This document shows, piece after piece, positions 45,722 to 56,453 of a stretch of DNA of 64,000 nt (its first letter is position 1; every line of letters begins with the position of its first letter). The position numbers and the translations under genes were made by a program. The notes beneath the pieces are model-generated. The model made no database searches, was not told where the DNA came from, and was given only the letters and a program-made list of their open reading frames with translations. Origin of the DNA: Nitrososphaerota archaeon (GTDB taxonomy: Archaea > Thermoproteota > Nitrososphaeria_A > Caldarchaeales > Calditenuaceae); NCBI GenBank assembly GCA_038845265.1, contig JAWBQR010000003.1, positions 1 to 64,000 of the forward strand, given 5' to 3'.

Positions 45722-47134
45722 GTGATGCAACGCGATGCTTCAAGATTTGTGGGAGTTGAGTATACCAGTATATATGAGATTAAAGGCCCCTTAATCATTG
45801 TAGATAATGTCTATAGCGCGGCGTACGATGAACTAGTAGAAGTTGAGACGCCAAGCGGCGAGAAGAGACTGGGAAGGGTATTAGAGATTGGACATGGCAG
45901 GGCTGTTGTCCAAGTATTTGAAGGCACACAGGGACTATCTATAGAGGGCGTAAAAGCAAGGTTTCTTGGAACAACGATGAAACTCGGCGTATCTACGGAT
46001 ATGCTAGGCAGGGTTTTTGATGGTCTGGGGAGACCGATAGATGGTCTTCCTCCTCCGGTTACGACTGATTATAGAGACATCAATGGAGAACCTATTAATC
46101 CTGAGCAGAGGGACTATCCAAGTGACTTTATTCAGACAGGTATCTCGGCGATTGACGTCATGAACAGTCTTGTAAGGGGACAGAAGCTTCCTATCTTTAG
46201 TGGGTCAGGGATGCCGCACAACACTTTAGCTGCACAGATAGCTAGGCAGGCAACTGTTCCGGGTAAAGAAGAAGAATTCGCAGTAATTTTTGCAGCTATC
46301 GGAGTTCAGAATGATGAAGCAAGATACTTCAAGACAAGTCTAGAGGAAAGTGGTGCACTGAGTAGGTCAGCCCTCTTTCTAAATCTAGCAGATGACCCCG
46401 CTGTTGAAAGAATAATTACTCCAAGGGCTGCGTTGACTCTTGCAGAATACCTAGCATTTGAAGAAGATTATCACATCCTCGTTATATTGACGGATATGAC
46501 GAATTATTGTGAGGCATTAAGAGAAATAAGTGCGGCCAGAGAAGAGGTCCCAGGAAGGAAGGGTTATCCCGGCTACATGTATACTGATTTGGCCTCTATT
46601 TATGAAAGAGCTGGAAGAATTAAGAATCGTAAAGGAAGCGTTACACAGATGCCGATCCTGAGTATGCCGAGCGATGACATTACTCATCCGATCCCCGACC
46701 TCACTGGCTATATAACGGAGGGGCAGATAGTGTTAGGAAGAGAAATTCACAGGAAGGGGATCTATCCGCCAATTAACGTATTAATGTCTCTTAGTAGGTT
46801 GATGGGACCGGGAATCATCGCTCCTAAGAAAACTAGGCCAGACCATGGCGATGTAAGTAATCAACTCTATGCGTCATATTCACGTGCCGTCCAACTAAGA
46901 TCACTGGCAGAAATCGTGGGAAAATCAGGACTGACGAGCACTGATTTGAGGTATCTTGAGTTTGGAGACTTATTCGAACAGCGATTTCTTAGTCAAGATA
47001 AGGATGAAAATAGGTCTCTTGATGACTCACTTGATATTGCTTGGGAGATTTTATCATATCTTCCTGAGTCAGAGTTAACAAAGATCAAGCCAGAGTATAT
47101 TAAGGAACATTATAAGAATGTAGAAAAGAGTTAA
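45722..47134 (+). CDS. atpB: A/V-type ATP synthase subunit B
   Basis: [54 protein letters not shown]. Confidence 0.96.
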   Translation: MMQRDASRFVGVEYTSIYEIKGPLIIVDNVYSAAYDELVEVETPSGEKRLGRVLEIGHGRAVVQVFEGTQGLSIEGVKARFLGTTMKLGVSTDMLGRVFDGLGRPIDGLPPPVTTDYRDINGEPINPEQRDYPSDFIQTGISAIDVMNSLVRGQKLPIFSGSGMPHNTLAAQIARQATVPGKEEEFAVIFAAIGVQNDEARYFKTSLEESGALSRSALFLNLADDPAVERIITPRAALTLAEYLAFEEDYHILVILTDMTNYCEALREISAAREEVPGRKGYPGYMYTDLASIYERAGRIKNRKGSVTQMPILSMPSDDITHPIPDLTGYITEGQIVLGREIHRKGIYPPINVLMSLSRLMGPGIIAPKKTRPDHGDVSNQLYASYSRAVQLRSLAEIVGKSGLTSTDLRYLEFGDLFEQRFLSQDKDENRSLDDSLDIAWEILSYLPESELTKIKPEYIKEHYKNVEKS

Positions 47135-47155
47135 CTAAGTTGTCTATTAACTATT

Positions 47156-47971
47156 TTAAAATGTGTTGTACAAAACTAATGCAGTTAATCCGCCAAAGGC
47201 TGAACAAATAATATTTACAACATGATTGTTAATATAGCTAATTCCTTTTATTTTCTCACATCTTGTATTGCAGTGGATATAGTCCTCAGTAATTGAATGA
47301 CATATTGGGCATCGATATACTGCTTGTAATAATTGTCCAACTATGCTGTCGATGGTTGTCCCTCCTATTCCTGAGACAAGAGTAATCAATGCAAGTTTTG
47401 TCAGTGTTAATGACTTATTGTTAATTAGAAATGGAGCTAAAGAGGCTGTTAAGATTAATGTTGAAAAGAAAGCCCCAGCATAGCCGTATGTCGTGACTCC
47501 GCCAGGAGTTCCGGGCCTAGTCTGTTTGAGCCCTATTATTAGCCTTGTTGGGCCCCTGTACAGTAATCCGACCTCGGTGGCTAGTGTATCAGCGAAGACT
47601 GCTGAGACCGAGCCAATAAAGCCTACTAATGGTAAACTTGATGAATTGAAGGTAAGTATTGAATAGATGCTGAAGAAGATCGCAATGAGACCATTTCCTA
47701 AAACGTTTCGCCATCCTCTTATGCCTGTCTTTGACTCTGCGGCACCTATGCTTTTCTTATATTCATATCCTATTCTCGTAGTTAGCCCGGAGATGAACAT
47801 AAAGATACATAGAGCAACTATTCCTATTCTGCCGATTGTAAAATAGATTATTATGCCAATTATTGCTGCTGTTATGGTGCCTAGGACATCGAGTACTCTC
47901 AGTTTAATCGATAATAGTGCTATGAGTGATATAACCACAATCGACTCTATTATTAATGAGAGATGAATCAA
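47156..47971 (-). CDS. DUF92 family membrane protein
   Basis: R...NV.GNG, ADTLATEVG, GTPGGVT, DS..G..LQ, NN..VN. Confidence 0.88.
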   Translation of the reverse strand: MIHLSLIIESIVVISLIALLSIKLRVLDVLGTITAAIIGIIIYFTIGRIGIVALCIFMFISGLTTRIGYEYKKSIGAAESKTGIRGWRNVLGNGLIAIFFSIYSILTFNSSSLPLVGFIGSVSAVFADTLATEVGLLYRGPTRLIIGLKQTRPGTPGGVTTYGYAGAFFSTLILTASLAPFLINNKSLTLTKLALITLVSGIGGTTIDSIVGQLLQAVYRCPICHSITEDYIHCNTRCEKIKGISYINNHVVNIICSAFGGLTALVLYNTF

Positions 47972-47974
47972 AGT

Positions 47975-49288
47975 CTATCTTCCTCCCTTAATTAAGTCTG
48001 CAATCCGCCATAACTCTTCTAACGAGCATTGTGTCTGCTCCCTTCTATTTAGATCTCGGACAGTTATTTGATGCTGTTCCACTTCTTTATCACCAATAAT
48101 AATTAGGAATCTTATGCCTCTTTTTTCGCATGACTTGATGACGTCGGATATTCCCCGCGCCATGACCTCGATCTCTGTTGCTATTCCCTGCTCTCTCAAT
48201 TTTCTTGATATGTCGAGGCTGTAGCCCCATGCATTTTGAGAAAGAGGTGCGACATACACATCGGGAGGTTGAACGACCTCAGTCTGGCCGAGCTTATCAA
48301 CTAAGTATTGGTAAACCCTAGTAATCCCGATAGCAGCCCCCACACCTGGGACTGGCCTCCCACCAAACAACTCCACAAGTTTATCATATCTCCCTCCCCC
48401 CGCGAGAGCTACTTCTGCCAAAGGACCATAAACCTCGAATATCATTCCCGTATAGTATCCGAGTCCTCTTGAGAATCCTGGATAGTAAATCAGTAATTCG
48501 CTGTTGATGGTCTTAGAAGCGAGCGTCACTATCTGGAATAAGTTCATAGCTGCTTCCGCTGCTTCTTCGTAATTATCGAGCATGCCTAACACCTTTTCTA
48601 CAAGGTTCTTTGCTGGCGCAGGCTCAATTAGTATCAATTCTTCTAGAGTTCTTATGGGTGCAAGATTCTTTGCATTCTTTTTAGCGAGGTCTCTTGCCTC
48701 ATCTATTCTAGCCCTGTCTATTAGTGAGAGTATCTCGTCCTGAATCTCTTCCCTTATTCCTGCTCTGTTCATAAGGGCTCTATGGATACCTACATGGCCA
48801 ATCTTGAACGAAAACTCCGCTATCCCAATATTTCTAAAAAAGTCATTTACTATCATTAAAATCTCGACATCAGCTATTGGATCTTTGGATCCGAAAAGCT
48901 CGAATCCACCATGATAAAATCTACGTCTTCTTCCCCATTGGGGCTCGTCAAGTCTGTAACAATCAGCTATGTATCCAAGCCTTAGGGGAAGTGGTCTTCT
49001 GCTAAGCTTACTGGCAACTATTCTTGCGACGGGGGCAGTCATTTCTGGCCTAAGTACGAGTTTTCTGTTATGCTTGTCAGTGAATACATACATACGTTGA
49101 AGTATCTCTTCTCCGGATTTGGCCGCAAATATTTCGTAATACTCTATTGGTGGTGTCTCTATCTGATTGTAGCCATAAAGTCTAAATAACTCCTTGACAA
49201 CTCGAATGATCTTATTAAATACTGTAAAGTCTTCTGGAAGCAGATCGTCCATCCCTCGTGGGGGTTCTGTAATCTCGGTAACTGGCAA
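47975..49288 (-). CDS. hisS: Histidine--tRNA ligase
   Basis: PRGM.D, LRPEMT, RGLGYYTG, GGGRYD, C-terminal anticodon-binding domain. Confidence 0.94.
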   Translation of the reverse strand: MPVTEITEPPRGMDDLLPEDFTVFNKIIRVVKELFRLYGYNQIETPPIEYYEIFAAKSGEEILQRMYVFTDKHNRKLVLRPEMTAPVARIVASKLSRRPLPLRLGYIADCYRLDEPQWGRRRRFYHGGFELFGSKDPIADVEILMIVNDFFRNIGIAEFSFKIGHVGIHRALMNRAGIREEIQDEILSLIDRARIDEARDLAKKNAKNLAPIRTLEELILIEPAPAKNLVEKVLGMLDNYEEAAEAAMNLFQIVTLASKTINSELLIYYPGFSRGLGYYTGMIFEVYGPLAEVALAGGGRYDKLVELFGGRPVPGVGAAIGITRVYQYLVDKLGQTEVVQPPDVYVAPLSQNAWGYSLDISRKLREQGIATEIEVMARGISDVIKSCEKRGIRFLIIIGDKEVEQHQITVRDLNRREQTQCSLEELWRIADLIKGGR

Positions 49289-49395
49289 TTCTATCGCACA
49301 AATCCTTATTCATTGCTCCTTATTTATCATTATTTTCAGGGAGAAAACAACATCTTTTTTAACTCTGAGCCACCTATAATTTATTAGCGGATAGA

Positions 49396-50328
49396 ATGAC
49401 GAAGTGTTCGCGCTGTGATTCGGAAAAAGTCATATTCAAGCGAGAAGATTCAGGAGAGTTCTTTTGCAGAGCGTGTTTTATTGAGAGCTTTGAGAAGCGT
49501 GTAAGAAAAACAATAGCCAAGTATAATCTATTAAGGGAGGACGATAGGATAGCCCTTGCCCTATCCGGAGGGAAGGACAGCCTCGCTCTCCTAAAATTGT
49601 TGTCGAGACTAGAAAAGAACTTCCCAATGGCCTCGCTTGTTGCTATAACAATCGATGAAGGCATTCCTGGCTACCGAGATGAGTCTCTTAAACTAGCTAT
49701 AGATCTTTGTAATAAGCTAGATGTGGAGCACTATATCTGCACGTTTAATGAGCTATACAATATTACCATTCATGAATATATGTCAAGCAATAAGAGAGAA
49801 AAAATTGGTCTTGGTCCATGCAGCTTATGCGGAATCCTCAGACGAAGAGCACTAGACATAATGGCTGAAAAAGTAAATGCAACAGTCATCGCAACAGCGC
49901 ACACGTTAGACGACATAGTTCAGACATACATAATGAATATACTTAGAGGAGATCTACCAAAGGGATTAATAGGTATTAGAAATGATGAGGTACCCATCCC
50001 CAGAGTCGCGCCTTTTAGATTAACACCAGAAAGAGAAGTAGTCCTCTATGCATACATCCAAGGAATACCATTCCAAGAGACGCCCTGCCCATATGCATCA
50101 TTTTCACAAAGAGATCTAATAAGAAGATTCTTAACAGAATTTGAGGAAACCCACCCTGGCTCTCTGTACGCCGCATTGTCGAGAATTGAAGAACTGCTAT
50201 CTGGACAGGAGAGGAAATATGGAAAAAAATTATGCAAATCCTGCCTAACCCCCTCTTCTAATGATTTATGTAGGGCATGTCAGGTAATGAATGAATTACT
50301 TGGACTGAAAACTACTTCGACTCTCTAA
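49396..50328 (+). CDS. tRNA 2-thiolation protein (TtuA/NcsA/Ctu1 family)
   Basis: N- and C-terminal Zn fingers, SGGKDS PP-loop, CSLCGILRR, H..DD, CPY. Confidence 0.9.
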   Translation: MTKCSRCDSEKVIFKREDSGEFFCRACFIESFEKRVRKTIAKYNLLREDDRIALALSGGKDSLALLKLLSRLEKNFPMASLVAITIDEGIPGYRDESLKLAIDLCNKLDVEHYICTFNELYNITIHEYMSSNKREKIGLGPCSLCGILRRRALDIMAEKVNATVIATAHTLDDIVQTYIMNILRGDLPKGLIGIRNDEVPIPRVAPFRLTPEREVVLYAYIQGIPFQETPCPYASFSQRDLIRRFLTEFEETHPGSLYAALSRIEELLSGQERKYGKKLCKSCLTPSSNDLCRACQVMNELLGLKTTSTL

Positions 50329-50428
50329 GCGATGAATAGATAACATAGGCAACATACAGCGCTACACCAATTACAAATAGATAGTAAACATTTGAGTATA
50401 GCATGTCTATGTACTGTTCAAGACTCAT
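50312..50428 (-). CDS. Small single-TM protein, 38 aa (not in the ORF track)
   Basis: MSLEQYIDMLYSNVYYLFVIGVALYVAYVIYSSLRESK*; AAGGGA upstream of the ATG. Confidence 0.5.
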   Translation of the reverse strand: MSLEQYIDMLYSNVYYLFVIGVALYVAYVIYSSLRESK

Positions 50429-50492
50429 GAATGTGTCATCCCTTGAATTTATGAAGCAAATGGAATCTTATTACCTTTTCTAAAGAGTCAGC

Positions 50493-53400
50493 TCAGTGTT
50501 TCTCAGCAAGTAGGCGTGATATATCGTTATATAGTTGCATTAACACATCTTGATAATTAATTTCATTGTTCTCAATCCTATCCATAGTTTCTTCTAGTTT
50601 CTTTGTTAATTCTTCGGAAACTAGATCACCATATTTACTAGATAGGTATTCATATACCAATTTTCCGAGTCTAGTGTTTAGTAATCTTCCATTGTTCTGG
50701 AAGATGTATCCTCTCGAATATAAAAGTTCAATTATTCTTGAATATGTACTCGGCCTGCCTATCCCCTTCTGCTTCATCATCGAGATTAGCTCTCCTTCAC
50801 TGAGCAGCCATTTAGAAGGAACACGCCTCAGCTCTAATCGCACAACTCTGTATCTTCCTGGGGAAATTTTTTCTTGGGCCTTTATAGTAGGCAAAACTTT
50901 GAGGAAGCCTAGTTCAATTATACTAACAACTCTATTCAACGTCGATATATTGTCATCTATATTTATTACGAGTTCTTGCGTTGTTACTACTGCGTCTACC
51001 ATCTGTGAGGCTATGAATCTGTTAAATATTAAATCGTATAGCCTTAATTCCTTCTCTCCGAGCCTTAAGGGAAATCTCATGACGCCTGAACGGAGATAGA
51101 ACTCTAATTGTCTCTTGCTTATCGGTCTGGTCGGCCTTATACATTCATGAGCGCCCTCACTTTTGTAGGTCCTCGGCTTAAACATGCCAGGATAATTTTC
51201 ATCGATATATTGCTGTGCAATCGATAGTCCAGTGTTTGATACGGTTGTGGCATCTGTCCTATGATACGTAATTAAACCTGACTCGAATAGTGTCTGTGCT
51301 ATGCGCATTGTCTCTGAGGAGCTTAATCTAAGATATATGCTCGCGTCCCTGAGCAATGAGTCGGTCGTATATGGTGGCGGTGGATGAACTGTCTCCAGCC
51401 TCTCTGTAGGGACCTCAACCTCTGCAAAAAGCTCACCACTATTCGCCTTCTCCTTTAGGTCTTCTAAATTCCTAGGCTCTATGAAGTCAATTCTTAACTC
51501 ATTCTCAAGCCAAAAAGTGGCTACTGTTTTTTTCTTTTTCGCTTCTTCCACTCGCTCGATTATCCAGCCCAGCACTGGTGTCTGAACGCGCCCAGCTGAG
51601 AGGGTCTTTCTCCCAAATCTTTCCCATAATTTCCTACTTAGTTCAAAGCCGAGCCACCGATCCTCGATTCTTCTAACGGTCTGCGAGTCAACTAATGAAA
51701 TTCTAATCCGTTCCGGCTGAGTTAGAGAGCTTCTAAGGGCTTTACGTGTAACTTCGTGGAATACAAGACGCATAATATTACTGTTATATGGATAAAGGTT
51801 GCAATAGAGGTCATAGCCGATCTTCTCACCCTCAGCGTCAGGATCAGTAGCTATCAGGACTTTATTCGCCTCCATTGCCAACTGCTTTAGCGAATCCATG
51901 ATTTCTTTTTTCGAGAATACCTCTTCCGACCCGCATTCAGGACATTTATCATGATCTGTAAATTGTTCACCACACCTAAGACATCTCTTAACAAAAGTAT
52001 AATTTGGAATGAACATTTTTCCTTGAATATTTATTCCGTGAAATCCATACATCGTCGTTAAATCAAATATGTGTCCTTGACAAGCCGCAATTGTTAGAAC
52101 CATCTCTCCGCTTAAAGATTCATAGACTGTTAAGGCCCCGATTCTCCTGCGTACGGGTCTCCCGAAAAATGTAGCAATTGTCCTTGCCTTTGTGGGAGAT
52201 TCAACGATCATCAATGCAGACTTAATGATATCTAACTCCTCAGCCTTGAATTCTCCCTTTCTAATGCTTATTATTTTTCTTCTATCTTCGTCTACCTTTT
52301 CAAACTCTTTTGCAGCTATACTTTCTGAGTAATCAATAATTGATTCATCTTCGTAAACTAACTTGACACGCTTTAGCAATCCATGTAGTGCTTTTTCATC
52401 ATCTACTATGATGAATGATATTCCTTTACTTATTCCCCCTGCGTAAAGTCTTGATGTTCTACCGGAGGCTTGAATAAAACCATCAACGTCTGGAATAATT
52501 AGTCTATACTCGTCTTTGAGAGCTTTAATGTAGATATCAGCGCGCTCAGATAGTGTTTTTACCCTATCCTCAGTAAGCAACTCTTGAATTAACTTCCTAG
52601 CTTCTTTGACGGCCTGAAGGACAAAGGCTTCAAATCCACTTAGCTCAGCCCCATTATTTATTGCCTCACGGACTTTTTCAATAACTTCTGAATGAGTTGG
52701 CACGGTTTTGGAGAGCATCGCTACGATCCGTTGAACTTCTGTTGATAACGGGTCATCAATTAGTGGGGAGATGTTTCGCAGAAGAGTTAAGAGCTTAGCT
52801 GGATCATATTCATCTTTGGATATTCTGATCTCTCTTCTCGGGACTCCGGCAAATATAACGTACCGAATATTCTCTGGGAGGTCTATTCCTCTTGCCAGAG
52901 GGCTCCTATTACTTGCAACCCCGATAAGTGCCTGGTAATGTCCATTAGTGAATAAGCTAATCATTTTTGGATTCATTTTGGAATATGCATGTACAGGGAT
53001 TTTCTTTTCATTTAAATACTCAGAGAGCCTCAATGCATAACTAGTCCCCTGGATTTGGGGGACAAAAATTAGACATCCACTACCATATTTTTTAATCAAG
53101 CTGTATACTTCTTCTTCAATAGTTTTAGATGGCCTTATGACGAAGTTCGTTATATTTCTAACGAATTCGAAGCTGTATCCGGGCTGAAAACCAAAGAGGT
53201 ACCGAAATAGCTGCATGCGTTTTGTCCTTATGCCACGTAGAGTCGCACCAGAGACTACTAAGATTTTGCCCCTAGTTTCATCATAATTCTGCATCGATTC
53301 CTCAAGCATATCTAGTTCGTCTATTTCTCCCTCTGTGGGTCTCTTCTTTCTCCTAATCTCAATTATGCGCATTACCTTATCAATAATTTCAGGTTCATAT

Positions 53401-54095
53401 CCCATAAGCATAACAACTTTATCAATATTTTTTGGACTCTTAAGAAATGAATCAACATCGTCAACAAAAATAAAACTAAAATTGTTATGTTTTAGTATCT
53501 CAAACCTGCTGTAAAGAAATCTATCAGTCGTTATTAGTATGTCGAACTCGCCTTTCCTTACCCTATCTAGTATCTCCTCACTATCTTTCTTAGGCATGCC
53601 GGAGTAATAGCCTATTACTACCGGTTTCTTTCCCTCTAGCTTTTCGAGAAACATATTTGCCTTGTCTAGGAAATGCTGTACAAGTAGGCTACTTGGAACT
53701 ATGAAGTAGCTCTTCTGACCCTTAATGGCCAAATATATGCACATGATTAAGCCGAAAATCGACTTCCCCATACCAGTAGGCGCAACGATCGAGAAACTCC
53801 TGCCCAGATAGACACGTCTTGCCCACGTCTCCTGAAGCGACCATGGATATGACCCCACTAATCTTTTGAAGAATTCCTTGAACTCGTTAATCCATATACT
53901 AACCTCTAGGGGCTGCTTGATTTTCATCAGCGTACCCTTACTGCTTAACTTTTCATAGAGCTCGAACCTGTCCATCACTTGCTCCGAGAGGCATTCTCTG
54001 CAGACGCCATTTGCCAATAGTTCATTATCAGTAATGTCGCCGCCACAATTCGGACAACAACCAATGTAGGTCGCTCTAATCTCCGTAGACTTCAC
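50493..54095 (-). CDS. rgy: Reverse gyrase
   Basis: N-terminal Zn finger, APTGMGKS, DDVD, QASGRTSR helicase-like domain; VESPTKA, SAGRVQ, ITYHRTD topoisomerase IA domain. Confidence 0.97.
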   Translation of the reverse strand: MKSTEIRATYIGCCPNCGGDITDNELLANGVCRECLSEQVMDRFELYEKLSSKGTLMKIKQPLEVSIWINEFKEFFKRLVGSYPWSLQETWARRVYLGRSFSIVAPTGMGKSIFGLIMCIYLAIKGQKSYFIVPSSLLVQHFLDKANMFLEKLEGKKPVVIGYYSGMPKKDSEEILDRVRKGEFDILITTDRFLYSRFEILKHNNFSFIFVDDVDSFLKSPKNIDKVVMLMGYEPEIIDKVMRIIEIRRKKRPTEGEIDELDMLEESMQNYDETRGKILVVSGATLRGIRTKRMQLFRYLFGFQPGYSFEFVRNITNFVIRPSKTIEEEVYSLIKKYGSGCLIFVPQIQGTSYALRLSEYLNEKKIPVHAYSKMNPKMISLFTNGHYQALIGVASNRSPLARGIDLPENIRYVIFAGVPRREIRISKDEYDPAKLLTLLRNISPLIDDPLSTEVQRIVAMLSKTVPTHSEVIEKVREAINNGAELSGFEAFVLQAVKEARKLIQELLTEDRVKTLSERADIYIKALKDEYRLIIPDVDGFIQASGRTSRLYAGGISKGISFIIVDDEKALHGLLKRVKLVYEDESIIDYSESIAAKEFEKVDEDRRKIISIRKGEFKAEELDIIKSALMIVESPTKARTIATFFGRPVRRRIGALTVYESLSGEMVLTIAACQGHIFDLTTMYGFHGINIQGKMFIPNYTFVKRCLRCGEQFTDHDKCPECGSEEVFSKKEIMDSLKQLAMEANKVLIATDPDAEGEKIGYDLYCNLYPYNSNIMRLVFHEVTRKALRSSLTQPERIRISLVDSQTVRRIEDRWLGFELSRKLWERFGRKTLSAGRVQTPVLGWIIERVEEAKKKKTVATFWLENELRIDFIEPRNLEDLKEKANSGELFAEVEVPTERLETVHPPPPYTTDSLLRDASIYLRLSSSETMRIAQTLFESGLITYHRTDATTVSNTGLSIAQQYIDENYPGMFKPRTYKSEGAHECIRPTRPISKRQLEFYLRSGVMRFPLRLGEKELRLYDLIFNRFIASQMVDAVVTTQELVINIDDNISTLNRVVSIIELGFLKVLPTIKAQEKISPGRYRVVRLELRRVPSKWLLSEGELISMMKQKGIGRPSTYSRIIELLYSRGYIFQNNGRLLNTRLGKLVYEYLSSKYGDLVSEELTKKLEETMDRIENNEINYQDVLMQLYNDISRLLAEKH

Positions 54096-54140
54096 AGATT
54101 ACGTTATTTAAGAAGCAAGTAAAAAATATAAAGAGAAGAA

Positions 54141-54686
54141 TTGTCAGAGTGGCATAAATATCTAACGAGGTGTCTGCTTCCTCTCAATCCTATTCCTAGC
54201 GGTGGACATAACTGGGCTGGCATAGCGGCAATAATAACATCTAGCAAAGAAGCACTGTTAGTGAAGAGAGCAGTCAGGCCCGGTGATCCCTGGAGTGGCG
54301 ACTGGGCGATGCCTGGTGGAAGATGGAGAGATGGGGATACTAATCTCTATGAATGTATTAGGAGAGAAGTCTTGGAAGAGACATCGATAGATATTTCTAT
54401 GCTTGAGGCACTCGGCTGGTTGCCTGAAAGATCGCCGCGTGTCAGACCGGAGCTGAAGATTATGCCCCTAGTATTATTGACAAATAGTCGATTAAGCGTG
54501 ATTTTGAATGATGAACTAACGGATTATTGTTGGGCCTCTCTTCAAAACCTTGTATATGAGAAAAGGGTTGTGAATACGCCGAGGGGAGAAATATTAACAG
54601 ATGTCTACTTACTTAGTGGAGGTGAGTTTGTCTGGGGATTAACAGCTCGAATTATTCAAGAGATAACTAACTGCATTCAGTTATGA
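54141..54686 (+). CDS. Nudix hydrolase (CoA pyrophosphatase-like)
   Basis: PWSGD.A.PGG..RE..EET Nudix box; VWGLTARI. Confidence 0.85.
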   Translation: MSEWHKYLTRCLLPLNPIPSGGHNWAGIAAIITSSKEALLVKRAVRPGDPWSGDWAMPGGRWRDGDTNLYECIRREVLEETSIDISMLEALGWLPERSPRVRPELKIMPLVLLTNSRLSVILNDELTDYCWASLQNLVYEKRVVNTPRGEILTDVYLLSGGEFVWGLTARIIQEITNCIQL

Positions 54687-55367
54687 TTTAGGAATTAGTC
54701 TGAAGGATTTTGGTTCTATGTATCCATACGTAGTTTTCCAGACCACATTGTAATCAGATATTATGATTCGTTTACTGAAAAGTGGGCAGTCTAATACAAG
54801 TGTCTCATATTCACCACCCTCACCTCCAGGATTGAATCCATAATTGTTTGAGGCGTCTATGAGTTCTTTCACAGCCTGTCGGTCGATTATTCTTCCGAGC
54901 CACTCTCGTCCTAATCCATATGCATTTACAGAAGTTATCATGACCTCGTAGCCCCTACTTATGATCTCATCTAGTATAGCTGTGCCAGATGACCCCCAGT
55001 TAGGTGAGACGTGGCTTAGTGAATATTCTCTGCATATATGATCTATCCTTTTCTTCTGATAATTACTGATTATCGAGCCGCTCAGTATGCCGTTTACTCG
55101 ATATTTAGCTATGATTTTCTTTATTGAGTGCATCAATTCAGTGTACTCTATTTCTTTTTCACCACTAACTTCAATGAATAAATGTGGTATTCTCATTGCT
55201 TCTGCCTGAAGTGGAGTTATGGATAGACACACTGTGTGAAACATCCATGAGTCGAGTCTTTTTGGCTTAATGGTCAGCAGACATGCAACTTCATGCCCAG
55301 TTTCTAATGCCTTCTCCACTGCAAGAGTCGAGTCCTTACCGCCTGAAAAGAGTGCTAATAACCTCAC
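54681..55367 (-). CDS. Diphthine--ammonia ligase (Dph6 family)
   Basis: FSGGKDS, DSWMFH, S.YQ, GEGGEYETLVLD.PLF. Confidence 0.9.
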   Translation of the reverse strand: MRLLALFSGGKDSTLAVEKALETGHEVACLLTIKPKRLDSWMFHTVCLSITPLQAEAMRIPHLFIEVSGEKEIEYTELMHSIKKIIAKYRVNGILSGSIISNYQKKRIDHICREYSLSHVSPNWGSSGTAILDEIISRGYEVMITSVNAYGLGREWLGRIIDRQAVKELIDASNNYGFNPGGEGGEYETLVLDCPLFSKRIIISDYNVVWKTTYGYIEPKSFRLIPKS

Positions 55368-55436
55368 TGGCGATCATCTCTATGTCCAGCATTATAACTC
55401 TTATATTCCTATATTTGTTAAACTGAGTGATGAGGG

Positions 55437-56453
55437 ATGTATAGAATCGCGATTATTAGGGGTGATGGGATAGGGCCCACAATAATGGGAGAGACGCTCA
55501 GAGTTTTAAGCTTCATCTCTGATAGGCTTGGTTTAAACATTGATTTTTTAGAGGCCCCAGCAGGCGATAAGGCCCTGAGAGATTACGGCACACCATTACC
55601 CAGTGAAACACTCTCGGTAATTGAGAAGTCTGATGCGTGTTTAAAGGGCCCAGTCGGAGAGACTGCAAAGGACGTAATTGTCTATCTTAGGAGAAGATTC
55701 GATCTCTACGCAAACTTGCGTCCTGCTAAGACTTATGAGGGCGTGAAGAGCAAATATAGTAACGTAGACTTATTAATAGTTAGAGAGAACACGGAGGATG
55801 TATATCGAGGCGTTGAGGACATTAGTCGAGACTATGCAGTAGCATTAATGTCATTTTCTAGGTTTGGCACGGAGAGAATAGCTAGGATTGCCTGCAAATA
55901 TGCATATATGAGGAGGAAAAAAATAACGATTGTGGATAAGTCTAACGTCATAATGGCTCATCGCTTCTTTAGAGAGGTCGCCTCCTCAGTGATTAAGTCT
56001 CTCGGAGGCATCATGCTCGATTTTATGTACGTGGACAATGCGGCATATCAGCTTGTCGTAGACCCGACACAGTTTGATACTATACTTACCACTAACATGT
56101 TTGGAGATATCTTGAGCGATGAAGCTGCAGGCGTCTGCGGCACACTAGGACTTGCACCTTCTGGAAATATAGGCGAAAATTACGCATTATTCGAGCCTGT
56201 TCATGGATCAGCGCCAAACCTTGATCCCAAGTACGCCAATCCCATAGCAATGATACTCTCTGCATCCATGATGCTTAAATGGCTCGGGGATAAACATGAC
56301 GATGAACGCGCAAAAAATTCAGCTAATTTGTTAGAGAGCTCGGTCGAAAATTTATTGATGAAAAGAAACAGACTAACGCCAGACCTAGGCGGGAGATCAA
56401 CTGTTTACGAGGTCTGCGACGCTCTTATTAATGAATTGGAAAATAGGGTCTAG
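55437..56453 (+). CDS. leuB: Isocitrate/isopropylmalate dehydrogenase family (likely 3-isopropylmalate dehydrogenase)
   Basis: [36 protein letters not shown]. Confidence 0.75.
   Translation: MYRIAIIRGDGIGPTIMGETLRVLSFISDRLGLNIDFLEAPAGDKALRDYGTPLPSETLSVIEKSDACLKGPVGETAKDVIVYLRRRFDLYANLRPAKTYEGVKSKYSNVDLLIVRENTEDVYRGVEDISRDYAVALMSFSRFGTERIARIACKYAYMRRKKITIVDKSNVIMAHRFFREVASSVIKSLGGIMLDFMYVDNAAYQLVVDPTQFDTILTTNMFGDILSDEAAGVCGTLGLAPSGNIGENYALFEPVHGSAPNLDPKYANPIAMILSASMMLKWLGDKHDDERAKNSANLLESSVENLLMKRNRLTPDLGGRSTVYEVCDALINELENRV

Noticed and set aside
50566-51099. 177-aa antisense ORF inside reverse gyrase
   Set aside because: Antisense shadow with no independent coding evidence.
50493-54095. 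Intein or split in reverse gyrase
   Set aside because: The 1200-aa length and continuous motifs fit an ordinary single-chain enzyme.
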